Source of the DNA: Azolla caroliniana | Lineage: Eukaryota; Plantae; Polypodiophyta | Reading direction: 5' to 3' | Length of the DNA stretch: 64,000 bases | Assembly (NCBI GenBank): GCA_043228905.1 | Contig: JBHGNT010000004.1 | Coordinates: 3,534,001-3,598,000, forward strand | Part shown: piece after piece, positions 61,269 through 64,000 of the stretch | How the letters are laid out: the number at the start of each line of letters is the position of its first letter | Numbering within the stretch: the stretch's first letter is position 1 | Notes under the pieces: model-generated | Told to the model about the DNA's origin: nothing | Seen by the model: the letters and a program-made list of their open reading frames with translations, nothing else | Databases searched by the model: none | Translations under genes and position numbers: made by a program

Positions 61269-62304
61269 TGTCGCGGTATTCCGCGAGTATGTGTAAGATC
61301 TTAGGCGGGACCGTGGGGGTCTTGGACTAGGGAGACGGATGGTGGAGTCCTTAAGCTTTGTGGGCTTCGGTCCAGAATCAGCTTCCAGCTCCAACGAATG
61401 TAGGGTTTCACAAACGGTTCACCGCGACTATGGACCCGACTCAAATATGTTAGAAGGAAGGTAGATATACGCTAACATGAATATATATTACAAGAGTTTT
61501 ACAACAAGACGGTTACATGCCCCGAATCCGATGGCTATTACATATCAATAGGCTAATACAATAAGCTAAGAGTGGGAACCGGCGAAGGCGATTCAAGTGG
61601 GCCGTCGGGACCGCGACGTCCACTGTTGGTCACGCCCCGAAGACAGTGGAGTGTTCCCGTGCCACTTCACCCTCCCTTCTCGAACCAGCCGCCACACGAA
61701 ACGCTCTCCATCGAGGAGAGGAAGCCGAATCACCAAGTGCTGCCACCGGAATGCCTAAAGTCGTCGTTGTAGGAACCCCCGAACCAAACCAAACTCTCAC
61801 ACGAAGAAGAGAGGGTAACACCCGAAACCCTAAACCGCATAAACCCTAACTCGCATGAACTCTCACAAGAAGAAGAACCTAAACGGAATACTAAACCTCC
61901 ACTCAAGAAGAAGGAATCAAACCCATAAGACAAAGAAGATGAAGACCAAAATGAAACCCTAAAACGAAATAGAGTGAAGGAGACCAAAGTGGAACCCTAA
62001 GAAAATAAGATTAAGAGAAAAACCCCAAACCCTAAATCTAGCGGTATACCCTCCTAACTCAAAATGGGCAACCCCTTTACAAAGGGCGCTCCCTTCCTTT
62101 TATAGAACAAGGAGAGGGATGCGTTAGAATGTGGGATAAATCCCAATTTACATGGGATTCTCTATCCCGACTTGACTCCTACTCGGCGCCATAAAGGCAC
62201 CCCTATTATTCACAAGTTTTTATAAGGGTGAGTGCACATGATGCATTCCGCTGATTCTTCTGATATTCCCCGGTTTCTCACCATAGCCCGGAATCTTCAC
62301 GACA
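61269..62304 (-). mobile_element. Solo LTR E of the tRNA-Trp Gypsy family
   Basis: TGTCGCGG...CTTCACGACA; perfect 4-bp TSD CCGT (61265-61268, 62305-62308); shares blocks with LTRs A and D. Confidence 0.92.
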
Positions 62305-62709
62305 CCGTAAGTAGGGCCTCTGCCCAGAAGCCATCTGATAGTCCGGAGTGTTGGAGCATCTCTGAAATTATGAAATAAATCCTTCAAAGTCACATATTAT
62401 GCATTGTTCTTATCACCATAATTGGGAGGGGTGATTTGAATCCAATTCCCTCTTGTAAAAATGACCATTTTTTTGTTCTTGTCAACCAAAAAAATTTAGT
62501 TGTAAATACTAGAATATATGGCACCTTATCGAAGAGACCTTGCCTCTCTCATTGGAGGAAATACACCATTCGCCCATTACTACTCACATCATTGTAGGTT
62601 TGTTTAATACACTATGGTGATAGAAAATCTAGTATATACATATAAGGAGCATAAATCTCATACATGATATCACATTTAAGCAGCATAAATAAAAAGATAA
62701 ACATTAAAA

Positions 62710-62930
62710 GTCTAGTGTTTGATATGAGCTTCTAGCAATTGACTAGGCACCGTCTGGAATTTTAAAAGTCTGGGTATTGTGGTTAGCACCTAAGAGACCA
62801 TCATTCAGTGTCTAGCATTCCATATCTAGGCTCAATATTAGATTTCATGGTCATGACCTTCCTTTAAATCTTCTCCAAACTTGCTTGATTTCTCAATGAA
62901 ATAAACCATTAAAGTCACACATGACATATC
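62710..62930 (+). pseudogene. Third, highly decayed copy of the lectin-like gene 3' end
   Basis: gtgtttgatatgagcttctagcaattgact matches gtgtttgatgtaaccttctgggaattcact (near 2064); tcagtgtctagcattccatatctaggctcaatattagattt matches 2241-2280; 3' UTR tcaatgaaataaac...aagtcacacatg matches 2327-2358. Confidence 0.75.
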
Positions 62931-63010
62931 AATTTGTTGTTATATATCACCCGGGCGTGCGTCATAACTAGTTTGTTCTCGTAGATCCAAATCGCTCTCC
63001 ATGTGCATAC

Positions 63011-63192
63011 TTATCTTGGGTTGTGGATCAAAGTGATTTGTTAAGCCATATGTATTTCCACGTCTGCGATCTTCATATAAAAGTGTCCACTATCCTAAAT
63101 TGATTATAATTATCTTGGGTTGGGGATCAAAGTGATTTGTTAAGCCATATTTGCACGTCCAAGATCTTCATATAAAAGTGTCCACTATCCTA
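63011..63192. repeat. ~99-bp tandem duplication
   Basis: ttatcttgggttg.ggatcaaagtgatttgttaagccatat...aaagtgtccactatccta occurs twice. Confidence 0.9.
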
Positions 63193-63356
63193 TTTTGAAA
63201 GCATTGTGAGGATGAATCACAAGAATGTTTTTCTTTTTTGCCTTGTGGAAAACAAGGAAACCTAACAAAGAATGTTTTCCATTGACCACAATAAATTAAG
63301 TGTAAAAAAGGACGGAGATGAGACGATGTGCTACTTCATATAACTTCAATAGAATA

Positions 63357-63357
<1 letters not shown>

Positions 63358-63417
<60 letters not shown>

Positions 63418-63453
63418 CGCGTGTGCGTGTATATATATATGTATATATATATA
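63358..63453. repeat. Compound (TG)n(CG)n(TA)n alternating purine-pyrimidine microsatellite
   Basis: Direct reading. Confidence 0.95.
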
Positions 63454-64000
63454 AACAAAAAGGGGGGGGTGTTTAAAAAGGTGTACCCCAATGGAAAGAG
63501 GTGCAACTTTCTAATGTGTATTATTATAAAGCTACAACATTACATGATATGCATTATCATAAGGCTACTCCTAACAAGCTGGTTGTACTATTACTTTAAC
63601 AACATATATTAGCTCTCTCTATATATATAATTTGCGGACATGGTATCAGAGCAAAGAACCAAACCTAAGGAGAAACTTCCTGTCTAACATGCAAGAAATG
63701 AGAAAAGTGGTAGTCAATGTTGTGTAGAGCTATCATCTCCTACTTATATATAGAAATCTAAATGAGGAAAAATATTAACCATGGTATAAGGTCCTGGAAG
63801 TCATTCTCCAACAATATAATTTGGTGATGAATATTATCCATGGAATTGATAAGGTAAACATCATTCTCCAACATCATGTAAACATTCATGCAAACCTCCT
63901 TCTTCATAAGGTAAACACAATCACATAGTGTTTGGAACATAAGTACCTCTAAGGAAACTTGGGATTACTTGGAGGCAAACTACATTCGTATATTTGTTAA

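Larger units (their letters stand above)
54592..62360 (-). mobile_element. Degenerate Ty1/Copia element K (integrase end, RT, RNase H, PPT, 3' LTR); 5' half missing; interrupted by D and E
   Basis: LTR end ttcaaca at 54875 next to PPT (ctcccccg on +); [64 protein letters not shown] near 62310-62360. Confidence 0.88.

Noticed and set aside
63358-63453. Z-DNA-prone alternating tract as a functional element
   Set aside because: An ordinary compound microsatellite with no linked gene start visible.

Overview
This is eukaryotic, repeat-rich DNA that looks like a land plant, probably a non-seed plant such as a fern (inferred from the TE lineages, not proven). One intact host gene, a secreted and probably GPI-anchored legume-lectin-like protein (1218-2318), has degenerate paralogous fragments at both ends of the window. 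Between them lie about 55 kb of deeply nested transposable elements: a non-autonomous hAT, a 5'-truncated LINE, several Ty1/Copia elements (one intact and very young, 16550-22060), a family of tRNA-Trp-primed Ty3/Gypsy elements with 4-bp CpG-centred target-site duplications (TSDs), a Tat/Athila-like Gypsy and an intact autonomous hAT (44313-47353). The main finding is a large terminal-inverted-repeat (TIR) DNA element with 32-bp TIRs at 11108 and 54591 and an ATAA TSD. It carries an intron-containing, now pseudogenised gene that fuses a ParB/Srx-like domain to a bacterial-type beta-class N6-adenine/N4-cytosine DNA methyltransferase (51383-53817). Coordinates were read by eye and may be off by a few bases. 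No database searches were run.
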